Source: Azolla caroliniana
Taxonomy: Eukaryota > Plantae > Polypodiophyta
Assembly: GCA_043228905.1 (NCBI GenBank)
Contig: JBHGNT010000013.1
Location: 11,284,001 to 11,348,000, forward strand
Direction of reading: 5' to 3'
Length of the DNA stretch: 64,000 nucleotides
The position numbers were made by a program, and so were the translations under genes. A model generated the notes under the pieces. That model saw only the letters and a program-made list of their open reading frames with translations, did no database searches and was not told where the DNA came from. The first letter of the stretch is position 1. Each line of letters begins with the position of its first letter. Shown here in pieces: positions 39,301 to 51,800 of this stretch.

Positions 39301-39522
39301 TGCTAAGAAGCTCCAGGAATTGATCCAAGTAGTAGGAGCTCAGGGACAATACACTGAATCTTCAATCTGGTATGTTCTGAAATGTTGTCTTTATGTACAC
39401 ACACACATCTCTCTCTCTCTCTCTATACCCACATATATATCCTTCGTTCTGAGTATACATACACATAAGTATACACAAATAAGTGAATATGCCCTCTTCT
39501 TGGAATGTCCCCAATCTGAAGA
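33360..39522 (+). CDS. Membrane hybrid histidine kinase (~996 aa): TM, extracellular Cache-like domain, TM, HAMP, HisKA, HATPase, REC, REC
   Basis: GT-AG exons 33360-33536, 33641-34093, 34354-34648, 34779-34903, 35035-35214, 35343-35591, 35925-36177, 36716-36820, 36914-36986, 37392-37632, 37927-38127, 38387-38478, 38593-38701, 38798-38989, 39125-39369 join in frame, with stop TG|A completed by the next exon. H-box [14 protein letters not shown]; N-box [14 protein letters not shown]; G1 VKDTGLGI; F-box LFKAFSQVD; G2 YGGTGLGL; two receiver domains. Confidence 0.93.
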
Positions 39523-40899
39523 TGGGATATAGGGACCTGCTGGTCAGTTTTGTGATCATTTTTTGTAAAAATCATGGGGTTTTGCCTCACGTTGAGGTTT
39601 CTCACTAGTAATATAATGTGACACAAAGACATTTGCTTGTATATATAGTCCGAAACGTATGTGCACATGCATGCAACATGCATCCATCCTAAACCCTAAA
39701 CCCCATACCCTATACATACACGCATATGTACGTAGATATACATGTGTTGATACTCACAGTGGACACACACACATACATATTTATGTATGTGTATCTATAC
39801 ATATACATACACATATACACACACATATTTATACATACATGTGTGTGTGTGTTCATCTCCTATGCTCTGTGCTTGACTGACCTGAATTTTTTATGGTTAT
39901 GTTTGGTCTTATGTAACATGGCACAGATGGAGGGTGATGACATGTTGTGTTCCTCATTCAGATCGGTAAATAGGTTCTGCTACACTATCGACAGCCAAAC
40001 AAAACTATGTATAGAAGTGCACATTCCAAGGTCTACACAAAGAGGAGGTTTTGTAGCCGTTTAGCAATACAATCTAACATGACATTCATTGGCGTTGATG
40101 GATGTTATGTATATATATATACTTAACCGCTGATTTTTTAACCCATAAAATTAATGGGTTCTTTATAGATATTTACATGGCATGGAAATTTAAGTGCTTC
40201 TAATTGTAAAGAGATCTGTATATATGATGAGCTTGTATTTTTCAGGATCCAAAAGATGAAAAAGTAGGAAAAAATAACTAATCTAGCTAACAATAGGGTT
40301 GTGTCAAAATTTATTGCATGATCGAGAGGTTTCATGTTCTCATATCATCAAAAAAGAATTTACATGATTTTTGCAAAGGAAGGATGTGCGGAAGAATTTA
40401 ATCTCTCCTGTCATGTGTGTATGTGAAATCGTTGGGATGCTTTTTTGCACTTTCTACCATCTTTTGTATTTGAGTCGACAAACCGGTGTTCCATGATGTA
40501 ACTTCATGAGTTGACTTGTAATATATTAGATATTTATTAGAATGAAAAACATAATGCTTAAGTATGTCCAAGCTTGATAAATGGAAGGGAAGCTAATATA
40601 AAAAGAACGCTACACTGTCTCATGTACTTTTGTTGAGATTAGTTATAACCTTGGCTTTGTTGTATCAATGTTTTATGTCAATGACTATAAAGTTTTAAGT
40701 GAAAGAAGATGTTATTTGAGAACTAAGCTTTTGTTCTCTTCCTCCCACCGTCTCTCTTTATCGTAGGTTCCAAACTTTCTCATTTTTTTAATATCAATTG
40801 TTATTTGCTCCATGTTGTACAAGTTCAAACTCATCCAATGGGTCATATGTTGACCTTCATTAATGTTATAAAATCTCTCTCTCTCTCTCTCTCTCTCTC

Positions 40900-42093
40900 A
40901 TGAAAAATGTATAACCGCTCTTCTAGCGATGAAAAAGATTTGAACCAATTTGGGAAGTTACTCCTATAGATGTGCAATAGTATCAGATTGTTTATTGCTA
41001 ATGGTATATCCTTATAGCCCAATGCTGATGGTTTTACATGTAGAAAACACAATGGAAATAGTGTGATTGACTATGTATTACTTTCCGAAGGTATTTTGGA
41101 TCATATATATAAATTCTCACTTGGTGAATGGACATTAGAATCTGATCGTAGAACTTTATGTATAATCTCAAATGTATGCATAGGTTTGATTATGAGAAGG
41201 CCATCAAAGATAATAAACCATCACACCTAAGCATGAACCTTAAGTGAGCGCCCATGTATTCCAAATATGTTACAAATGACAAAGATACAATATAGTGCCA
41301 CACTAAAATGCAAATGGGAAGCTTTTAAGAAAGTCATTCTTTCATGCACAAACAAATATTTTTCAACCAAGCACATATCTTGGAAATGCACCAAGAAATG
41401 TAGTTCAAAGAAAAAATGTTTTGATAAAGAATGTCATGAAGCTCGAATGTGCCTTGTGATTTTGGTTGTAGTCAAAGATAAAGAAAATTACCAAAAGCAT
41501 TTGCATGAGTACAAAAGGCTTAAAGAAAGAGAAGAATATGGGAAGTTACTCCACAATTCAATTTCTCCAAACACAAGAGACAGCACATGCATGTGCTAAA
41601 TTTTGGGGAAATGCAAAGGGATGGAAAACGTGTTAAGAGTTATGGTGACTTACCTTTTCTTGACTTGTCTATGCATTGTTAGAATTTATATGAGCTATCT
41701 TTTTTCAAAAAGATGATGTGTTATGGTTCTCTTCTAGGACTTAAGAAATTGGTTTCCCGAAAGGCAAGCGATCTTTAATGTGTAAAGGTTGAAATGCTCA
41801 AATGGGCGGCAAATGAAGCATATGCATGGATAAGTGATATGTTTAATCATGCATTGTGACATGGTATGACATATGATTGGACTACAAATTGGATCAACCT
41901 TTAAAGGTGACGATGTAAATAAAGTAAACAACTATCGAACCATCATGGTTGGCTCGTTAATTGCAAAACTATTTTGGATGTATAATGGAATCAAAGATAA
42001 GTGCATGGGCTAGAACAAATAGTAAGAGAGCTTATGGATATGTTGGCTTTCGAAAACATCATAGCACCATTGATCACCATCTCACCTTTCGAG
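40900..42093 (+). mobile_element. Degenerate LINE (endonuclease end plus RT start)
   Basis: NGNSVIDYVLLS..ESD; VNNYRTIMVGSLIAKLF; GFRKHHSTIDH. Confidence 0.8.
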
Positions 42094-42887
42094 TGTCATG
42101 ATATGACCTCAAAAGAAATTGAACCCCATGACCTTATGGTACATAGGTTGAGGCCATACCATTAGGATAATCATTGTAATACATAAAATTTATTTTCATT
42201 TGGTATTTCATTAGAAAAAATCCATGTATATTCTAGAAACTTTAGGAATATTACTAATAATCCTATAAATAGAGGCATATGGTACTATTTTCAACTACAA
42301 AGCACAAACCATTTTGGCCTTTTCACACTATGTACATGTCTCTATGTACATATAACAATACTCTGATTCCACCAGGTAATATTATTTTTAATCAATATAA
42401 AAATGAAAATTGGGGAAGGATTTGAATCGGACTTTGATCACCCAATCAAGGTTGTGAGATTAGACTCGTCTTTACCAAACCTGATTGAAGGATTAATTGA
42501 TCAATTCATGCATCAAATGATCTGATAAAAGGTTCATGATTGGAGAGTGGACCCATCAAAAATTTCTTGAGATGTTGATCCTTCCATAATCTGAAGAAGT
42601 AGTCCCATCCATCAATTTCTACTAACTTTGAAACTTTGGATATGGACTTCCTACCTTTTTTCTCTTTTCATTTTATTTCTATGCAATAGAGACTATCTAT
42701 TTATGACAATGATTATACAAGGAATCCTTAAAAGTTCAAGATGCAATAGAATAAGTACCTCAAGTAGAGTGATTTCTATACAAATTTTTGTAGAACTGAA
42801 TCCGGAATTCCGAATGGTTATTACATTACTGGGGAGACCTCTACAATCCCCAACCCTCTACAGATTCTATTATGCTTTCGTTGATAA

Positions 42888-45800
42888 TGTTGTGAATGTG
42901 TGTCCCTCCTGATGGGGGAAGACTAGTCGGATTCGGCCGAGAGGCCGAAAATGGGTCAGCTGGTCGAAATCGGCAGGGAGGCCGAAAATGGTCCAACTAG
43001 TCAGATTCGGCCGAGAGGCCAAAAACATATATATATATATAAGGAAAATAAGTTATGAAAAAATTATCATTTATGATGTGAATAGAGATAGAGAGGGTGA
43101 GAGAGTGTAGAGAAGCGATGAGAACATCAGAGATAGAGTGTAAGTGACAGAGAGCATGAGAGACAACAGAAAAGAGGAGAAAGAAGTGTAGACAGAAGAG
43201 AGGATCATTTGTGGACTCTAATGCAACCGTAGGAGTGGTTTCAAACAGTCTCCCAAGCCAAGTTTAGTAGTTCCTTGTTCTCCATACCATTTTCTGTGAG
43301 CTTTGTTTAGTGATACGAAGCATGTCTCATGGTTGTGGTTCTGTCGGAGCATTGGTGTTCTCCTAGCAATCTAGGGAGTTAGATAACTACTTGTACACTC
43401 TCCTATATCATAGTGAAGTTTTGGTGACCGGAGAGCACCCTTGGTTTTTCCCTGGTTTAGGGTTTCCATGTAGATCCTGTCTTTTGTTTCGTGCTTGTGT
43501 TTTAGGTTTTCTGTTTATATTGTCTCGGATCCTAATCCTTACAAACTAGTATTAGCGCATTAGGTTCTAGATGGAAGGAAAAATGAGCGGTTTTCCAGGA
43601 ATGATAGTCTTAGACTCCCATAAATACTCTAACTAGAATATCAAGATGGAGGATGTTCTAATAGTTAAGGATCTATATGAACTGATAGATAGGAAGGAAA
43701 TACCAATGGGGGTAATAGAGGCTGAATGGAAAATCCTAAATAGAAAGGTGGTGGCAACCATCAGATAATGTGTAGACATGAGCATCCTTTTGCATGTGGC
43801 AAACGATACAAACGCCTATGACCTGTGGCATAAGCTCTCTAATCTGTATGAAAGGAAAAATGATCTCACCAAAGCTTCCCTAATGAGAAAGTTGGTGAGG
43901 TTAAAGTAGATAGATGGTGATAACATTGTGGTGCACATTAATACTTTCATGGTGTTAGTAAACCAACTAGCATTAGTGAGGTTTCCATTAGATGATAGCA
44001 ATGGGCTCGGTTTCGGCTCAAACCGAACTGAACTGAAAAACCGTGGCTTAACGGTTTATAAGTTCAAAGATAAATAAACAGTTTGGTTTGATTTCAAATG
44101 TTATTAATCGGTTTCGGTTTGGTTTTGAATTGACCGGTTTATCGGCTTATCAGTTTCTGTTTATGTGGTTCAGTTTAAAGGTTTATAGGTTAAAAAATAC
44201 TCATAAATATTCTCTATAAGCTCTAACTTTTAACTTTTAATTTTAAATTCTTGTTTTAACTTATTAAAATTTATATATATTATATGTAGAATCTCCTTTT
44301 TATTTATGATGATCATTAATGATAAGTATAATGATCAAATTTATGATTAGTATGATTACAAATTTATGATAAGTATGATGACAAAATTTTATGATAAGTA
44401 TGATGAATAAATTTATAATAAGTATGATAATTAATATCAATAAAAAATGGTTTGGTTTAAAATTTTTCATAAACGGTTTGGTTTCTCCTATTCTTTAAAC
44501 GGTTTGGTTTAACGATTCGGCTCTAAACAGTTCAGTTTAAATGGCTTCATAAATTTTAAAATAGTTTGGTTCAGTTTTTATTATTAATAAATGGTTTGGT
44601 TTGGTTTGGTTTCAAGGCCAAGAAACCGAACCGGGCCCATTTGATGCATTACAGGACCCGTTACTATTTTGTTCCCTACCAGAAAGTTGGGAAAACCTAG
44701 TACTGTCACTTAGTGCCTCCTATCAAGAAGAGAACATGTCTTTACAAGTAGTAAAGACAAGCCTTTCTAAACGAAGAGACAAGAAGAAAAGATAAGAGTG
44801 TCTTGCCTCAATCGGAAGCGAATGTGACACAACCTTGGTAGAGGAAGAAGTAAATGTAGGAGTTCTCAAAATAGAGACAAGGCCCAAGCTAGGTCAAAGT
44901 CTAGAGGAAGACTCATGTGTTTCTATTGTGGGAAACAGGGTCATTTCCAAAAGGACTGTAAACACCTTAAGAGAGACAAAGGAAATCCTGATAGTGTTGA
45001 GCCTAAAAAAATTTCTGATGAGAGAAACACCTCAACGATTGCAGCCAGTGAGGAAGGAATATTATTCATCTGCGAACAAGCGAGTGTGAATCTTGCAAAT
45101 GTTGAATTCTCTTGGGTAGTTGATTTTGGTGCATCATTTCACCTAACTCCCAAAAGAGAATGCTTCTCATCTTACACAGTCGATGACTATGGCTATGTGA
45201 AGATGGGAAATAATGGTGCATTCAAGATTGTTGGTATAGGAAATGTGTGCTTATTAACATCTACTAGCTATAGGTTAATATTGAAGGATGTACACCACGT
45301 TCTAGATGTGAGATTAAATCTGATATCGGTTGGACGACTGGATAATGAAGGCTACAATGGTAGCTTTCATAATGGTGCATGGAAGTTTTGCAAGGGAAAC
45401 CAAATCATGGCTTGAGCACAAAAGCAGAACACATTGTATGTAATGCATGCAAGGTTGCGCCGAGATGAAACAAATCTAGTGGCTGACTCAAATGGCGAGT
45501 TGTGGCATAAAAGGCTCGGCCACATGAGTGAAAGGGGAATGCATATCCTTGTTGAAAAAAGTGAAAGGAATGTATCTGGAAAAATTTGTGGATTGCTTGG
45601 TTGGAAAGAAAAACAGGGCAACCTTTCACTCTAGGCCTCCGATGAGAAGAGAACGTGCCCTAGAACTGGTCCGCACAGATGTGTGATATGTGGATACTCA
45701 ATCGCATTGTGGTGGACAGTACTTTGTGACATTCATTGATGACTTCAGCAGAAAGTTGTGGGCTTTCATGCCGAATACTAAAGAGCAAGTGTTGTCGGTC

Positions 45801-47292
45801 TTTAAAGAATTTTATGCGAGGGTTGAAAGAGAATCTGGATAGAAGTTGAAAGTTGTCCGAACAGATAACAATGGTGAGTATAGCTGCCAATTTGAGCTAT
45901 ATTGTAAGACCCAAGGCATCAAACTTGAGTATACAGTGCCGAAGACATCTAAGTTGAATGGCCTGGCAGAGAAAATGAATCGGACCATAATGGAAAGGGT
46001 AAGAAGCATGTTATCACATGCAAAATTGCCGAAATCTTATTGGGCTGAGGCAATGTTGACAATTGTCTATCTTATAAACAAGTCTCCCTTAGCGCCTCTA
46101 AATGATGATGTCATGCAAAGGGTGTGGATAGGAAGAAACGTCTCTTACCAACACTGGATAGGAAGAAGCTGGACAACAAGTCCAAGCCATGCATATTCTT
46201 GGGGTACTCAGAAGATGAGTTTGTGTACATGCTATGGGATCTCCTTGACAAGAAAGTGGTGAGGATCCGTGATATTGTATTCATGGAAGACAAGATGACG
46301 GAAGATTGGAGACAAAAGCAACTAGTGTCGTCTTCCTAGCCAGCTACTGTTATGGAGTTCGTAAGATGAGTCGGAAGAAGAAACCAAATTGGAGCCAATT
46401 GCTAAAGGAAGAAGATATGGACTTAGGCAAAGGAAGGCCTCCTCTCGGTATCCAACCAATCAATATGTTCTACTGACTGATGAAGTTGAGCCGGAATGCT
46501 ATGAAGAAGCCATGACAGATGTGCACAAGGAGAAGTGGTATTGTGCCATGCAAGATAAGATGGATTCCTTGCATGAGAACTACGCCTATGAGTTGATGGA
46601 GTTGCCTGAGGGAAAGAAGGCACTTAGAAACAAATGGTTTACAAGTTGAAAACTGGAGAAGACAACAGTACACCTCAGTATAAGGTCCGCATTGTGGTGA
46701 AGGGGTTTCAGCAAAAAACGGGTGTTGAGAGGCCGAGAGGCCAAAAATGGGTCAGCTCGTCATAATCGGCCAAGAAGCCGAAAATATACATATATATAAG
46801 GAAAATAAGCTAGGGCAAAATTATCATTTATGATGTGCATAGAGATACAGAGGGTGAGAGAGTGTAGAGAAGTGTAGAGAACATCAGAGACAGAGTGTAA
46901 GTCACAGAGAGCGTGAGAGAGAACAGAAAAGAGGAGAAGAAGTGCAAACAGAAGAGAGGAGCATTTGTGGACTTTGATGCAACCCTAGGAGTGGTTTCAA
47001 ACAATCTCCCAAGCCAAGTTTAGTCTTTCCTTGTTCTTACCATTTTCTGTGAGCTTTGTTTAGTGATACGAAACCCATCTCACAAAAGCATCGGAGTTCT
47101 CCTAGTAATCTAGGGAGTTAGATAACTAATGGTACACTATCCTATATCATAGTGAAGTTTTGGTGATCGGAGGACACCCATGGTTTTTCCTTGGTTTAGG
47201 GTTTCCATGTAAATCTTGTGTCTTTTGTTTCGTGCTTGTGTTTTAGGTTTTCTGTTTGTATTGTCTCATTGTCTCGGATCCTAATCCTTACA
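42888..47292 (+). mobile_element. Ty1/copia element with internal deletion of most RT/RNase H and the start of the 3' LTR
   Basis: 5' LTR 42888-43543, degenerate PBS, gag/PR/INT fragments (CFYCGKQGHF, VRTDNNGEY); RT breaks near 46727 directly into LTR sequence ending at 47292; TSD GATAA/AATAA. Confidence 0.9.
44000..44641. mobile_element. AT-rich MITE-like insertion in copia gag
   Basis: Inverted ends AATGGGCTCGGTTTCGG / CCGAACCGGGCCCATT; AAACCG/CGGTTT subterminal repeats; interrupts FPLDD-ALQ. Confidence 0.8.
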
Positions 47293-47439
47293 AATAAAAC
47301 CTAATACGAAATCTTCATCAATTGGGGTTATATCAACAAAAAATTTGTAGTCCAAACCTTCAATAGATGGATAAAACAATCTGGAAAAAAAATTCGGATC
47401 TCTGGTGCCTTTCTTTTTCGCCACGGGAGCAGAATTATC

Positions 47440-47764
47440 TAAACTATTACTCAATAGAAGATTTAGAGTACGTTTTAGAATACTCTGAAGTATTCTGCAC
47501 GTATTCTACGTTTTAGAACTGCCGTTTTTTAAAATTTGATATATTCTACGTATTCTAAAAATTTGACATATTCTACGTATTTAACAAATATTTATCATTT
47601 CAAAAAATGTTTTCTTTTTTGAAAAAAAAACTTTAAATTTTAAGAAGTATTTAACACATTTACAAGTATTCTACACGTATTCTAAGTATTTAAAAAAAAA
47701 AAGTTAGGATACTTGTAGAATACATATTGTACGCGTATTTTATGCTAAGTATTATACAACAATG
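47440..47764. mobile_element. Partial hAT-like MITE (family of 50371-50740)
   Basis: Shares the GTTTTAGAATACTCT..AAGTATTCT body and an ACAACAATG end; left end degenerate. Confidence 0.65.
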
Positions 47765-48418
47765 ATGAAAATATTCTAGCTAGGTTCAAAGCAAATATAC
47801 AAATAATGTTACACATGAACGCCCAAAATACCACACAAACATCCAATTACACAAAAAACATTACATATGCCTTTCCCTTAATCCAATTGAAGAGTAAAGG
47901 GAAAAAACTCATTTGGCAATGTCTTGTAATTAATTTAATGTACATGGCAAAAACTCTCTCAATTATGTAGTTATATCCACCATTCATTTTAACACTTTCC
48001 TCAGGGTCAACATGAACTTGGCAAAGATTCACCAGTTGCAATTAACATTGTATACACCCAAGTGGCTAGATAAAATATATTCTCATTATTCATGGGTATG
48101 CAGCATTTGATCTGACATGGTGCACTTGCTCATATTTTCGTTCAACATCATTTAATTGAACAAGATGTTACTAGCTTGATACTTTTTTGAAAACAAATTA
48201 CTTTAAACATTAATATGCCACATCAAGTAGATTTTGAGCAAGTTGTTTGTCCAAGTTTATGTGGGACCATTGTTTGTGTCAGATTACTGAAGTTTTCCGA
48301 TCGAGCACTTGATGTTAAGTCAGCTTCATGAGTTTCCTTCTAGGGTCAATATTGATAGTGCTGAAAATTATCCAGTTTACTTTGTACACAATTCCCTAAT
48401 AGAGGGGACAATAACATT

Positions 48419-48487
<69 letters not shown>

Positions 48488-48893
48488 TACCATAGTAAAT
48501 AAACCATGCACCCAGAGATGATCCCAATGTTAAACATTTATTTTCATCATCAACAGCCCAAGAGAGATAGGATATGATGACGATATATTACCATTCCAAC
48601 AGGTGCATGACTATGAGACCATTACGATATATTGGAGATATAAAACGATAACAAAGATGAATCAAGTGTCCTCGGGAAGCCGGTAAAGATCTTGTAGGGT
48701 CTAATGGGACATATCACATACTAGAGAGAGAGAGAAAGTGAGAGGCCAAAGTGGCCCATGGAACCTATCTATATATGTTAGATTGATAAAAGTGCATATG
48801 GGAGCTATGTTATATATATGGGGGGGTGGGGGGTGGGGGGCGGGGGGAGAGAGAGAGAGAGAGAGAGAGGATTGTAAAGAATAAAAATTGAGA

Positions 48894-51800
48894 TCAGGTA
48901 GATCTGGTGAGTACAGCCATCTCTTGGGAAGTTGGTGATGGTAGCAAGAGAAATTGACCACTTTCTTCCTCTTCCTCTTCCTCTTCCACTCTATGTTGCT
49001 GCGATGATCGGTCGGGGCCGACACCAGCCCCGACACCAAGACCGATTTGTGGAGCATGAACATCATCCAAAGTTCCCTCGGGCAGAAGCATGGTCAAGAA
49101 GAGGAGAGGTGCAAGCCGGAGGAGCGCACGAACAAGCACTGCTAACCAGAGGTGACCATAGTCAAGCCGTGTCACATGCATGTATCGTAACAGGAGTGCC
49201 CCTGCCCATGACGCGCATGTTGCCCCGAAATTCGACAGTGACATCAGGAAAGCAAACACAGTTCCCTCAATCCCGGGTGGGCATAACCGTGCAGATAATA
49301 CCATGAAAGGCATGAGTTGGAGTCTCCCTATCACGTCCGTTACCGCCTCATCCCCAATCACAAACATGTGGTCGGGTATCCCCATCTTCACATTCCACCT
49401 GCACACTATGATTATGTCCAATAGCCCAATCACGCAATATGCTACCTGCACACCACATGCATAACAATCCGAAGTAATGATGATCATGTTAAACAACACC
49501 GACATTGAAACTAATTGTCGTTAAAGCTTGCTAATTACACTATGCACGCACAACATGTCATATGATGGATGCATCTACTCCATAGGAATGCATTTGCATT
49601 TGCCCAGACAAATATAAGATTAAAAAACATATTAATTAAAGGAGTCTGAATTTCTGCATCACACATGCATATGTGAATACAAATGTATGTGTTTATGTCT
49701 GTGTCTATCTTTTTACAAAGGGATCTTGAGCCCTACATTTGCATACACAACAATATCATCACCAACAACAAATGAAAGAGTTCTGTGTATTTCTTTCATC
49801 ACGCATGCATATGTGAACCTATATATATCTAAATATGTGTATAAGATGAAGAGCATATAAATCGACGAATTCTGTGATAGTGCGTAATTGAAAACAACTT
49901 CTTTAAAACAAATACCTGGGGCCAAAAGAACATGTTCCGAATGGTGTAGAACCGAAACCAGCAGTTATACAAACCAATCCCTCCAATCATTGCCACATAA
50001 GCAATGCCAGTAACAAAACCTATAAACTGCTCACTGAAACCAGGCCCTACTACTGGATCAGTGAACCAGTAGAACATAGCCTCTGAAATGTCCGGGCACA
50101 GACTCTGCACAATGGTCAGGTATTACTTTGTTTGTTTCTGGTTACTCTCCTTTGATTGTTTGAAAGTATGAAATAATCAGTCAACTTAGGTTATCGGTCT
50201 CTTATTTCTTCTTATGCTCTAGTTTCCTAGAGCCTTGGTTCTGGTAGGGTCAAAAATTATAACAATTGGTCTACTTAGTTTTTTTCCTTTTAAGGGTGTC
50301 AATTCAAAGTTGATTTGGCATTTGCAGCCATTGAGTGTGGGAATTTATCTTCGAATCTATGCCTTACAGGCATTGTTGTTATAATACACGTATTTTATGT
50401 TGAGAATATGTTTTAGAATACTCTAAGTATTCTACACAGATTCTACATTTTAGAACTGCTATTTTAAAATGGTTCACGCATTATAGGTATTTAATATATT
50501 CTAAATATTTAACATTTCCAATAAAAAATTAAATCTTAAAATTTTAAAAAATAAATTTGGCCAAATTACAATTGCTAGATACATTACCATTATAAAAATT
50601 ATTTAACGTATTAAATATATTCTACACATATTTTATCTTTAGAATACTTACTCTAAGTATTTAAAAAATGAGGAATACTTTTGGAATGTGTGGTATATGT
50701 ATTGTAAGCGTTTTGTATTTCTAAGTATTCTACAACCATGCTCACAAGGCGTCTCTTTGCCCATCTATGTAATATGATTAAAGATTAATTGCGAATAAAA
50801 ATCACTGCTGCTAGTCTTTTGCCTATGTAGATGATATGATTGAATATTAAATGAGAATGAGAATTGATCCTCTTTTTTCTATACCTGTGAAAGGTAAATA
50901 AAAAGTGCCGGTTTCCAGAAATTAGGATCTCTCAACGTTTGGATGGAAAGCTTAATCGTCTTTACCATATCTCGTAATCTGGCTCCATTAGGATCCTGAG
51001 GGAGTCTTTTTTCTGGAAGGGCCCTTGCAGCAACTAGAAGCATAAGTGGTGCTAGTGATATCAATAAAAAAGATCCCCTCGGTCCAAAAAAATGAACAGA
51101 TGCTCCAGATACAGCACATCCAATCAATCCACCTACAGATAAGCTGCCCCATGACAAACTCTGTATAAACGTAAGTCAGCAATATTCTGGTAAATACCAA
51201 GCAAATCAAGTTGTATTATCTTTAGAAAGGTGATTGATGATGTTATGAATGTTCACAAGATTTACATTTAGAATTTATCAATCATTAAAAGCGATTTTTT
51301 AATCCTATATTGTTAGATTCCTATTGAAGAGTAGAATGAGGACATGGAACTGAACCTCTAGAGTGTGCATGGATAAGTTCCTATCCTATGCCTTCGAAAT
51401 GTGAAATTACACTGAACTCATCACAACATTTAGATCTATAGTAGAGGGCATGGATGCTAATTTATTGAAAACTAGTTCCTTCTGTTTGTAATATGAAATC
51501 ATCTTTTGCAAGAAATTGCGTGTCTGAATAATGGCGCAATGGATTAAAATAGAAAACTCACACACAACTTAGGCATAACAGTGAACTGTGATCTTTCTTT
51601 CCAAACGTTCATTTGAAAAGAAGCTATGTAGGTATGAACTTCAGAAAGTGAATTTAACAGCATGTTAAAAGGATTTACAAGCAGGAAAAACTGAACAGAC
51701 AGCCTCATAGATTCACAGAAAGCATTATATGATCTAACAAAAAGAATCTCCCACGGGAACTAATTGAAGTTTCATACCCTTGGTTCAGAAATAAAAAATT

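Noticed and set aside
33360-39369. Bacterial contamination as the source of the kinase
   Set aside because: It has many canonical GT-AG introns and is contiguous with plant TEs and plant genes
39688-39702. CCTAAACCCTAAACCC telomere-like repeat
   Set aside because: Only two units; not an interstitial telomere array
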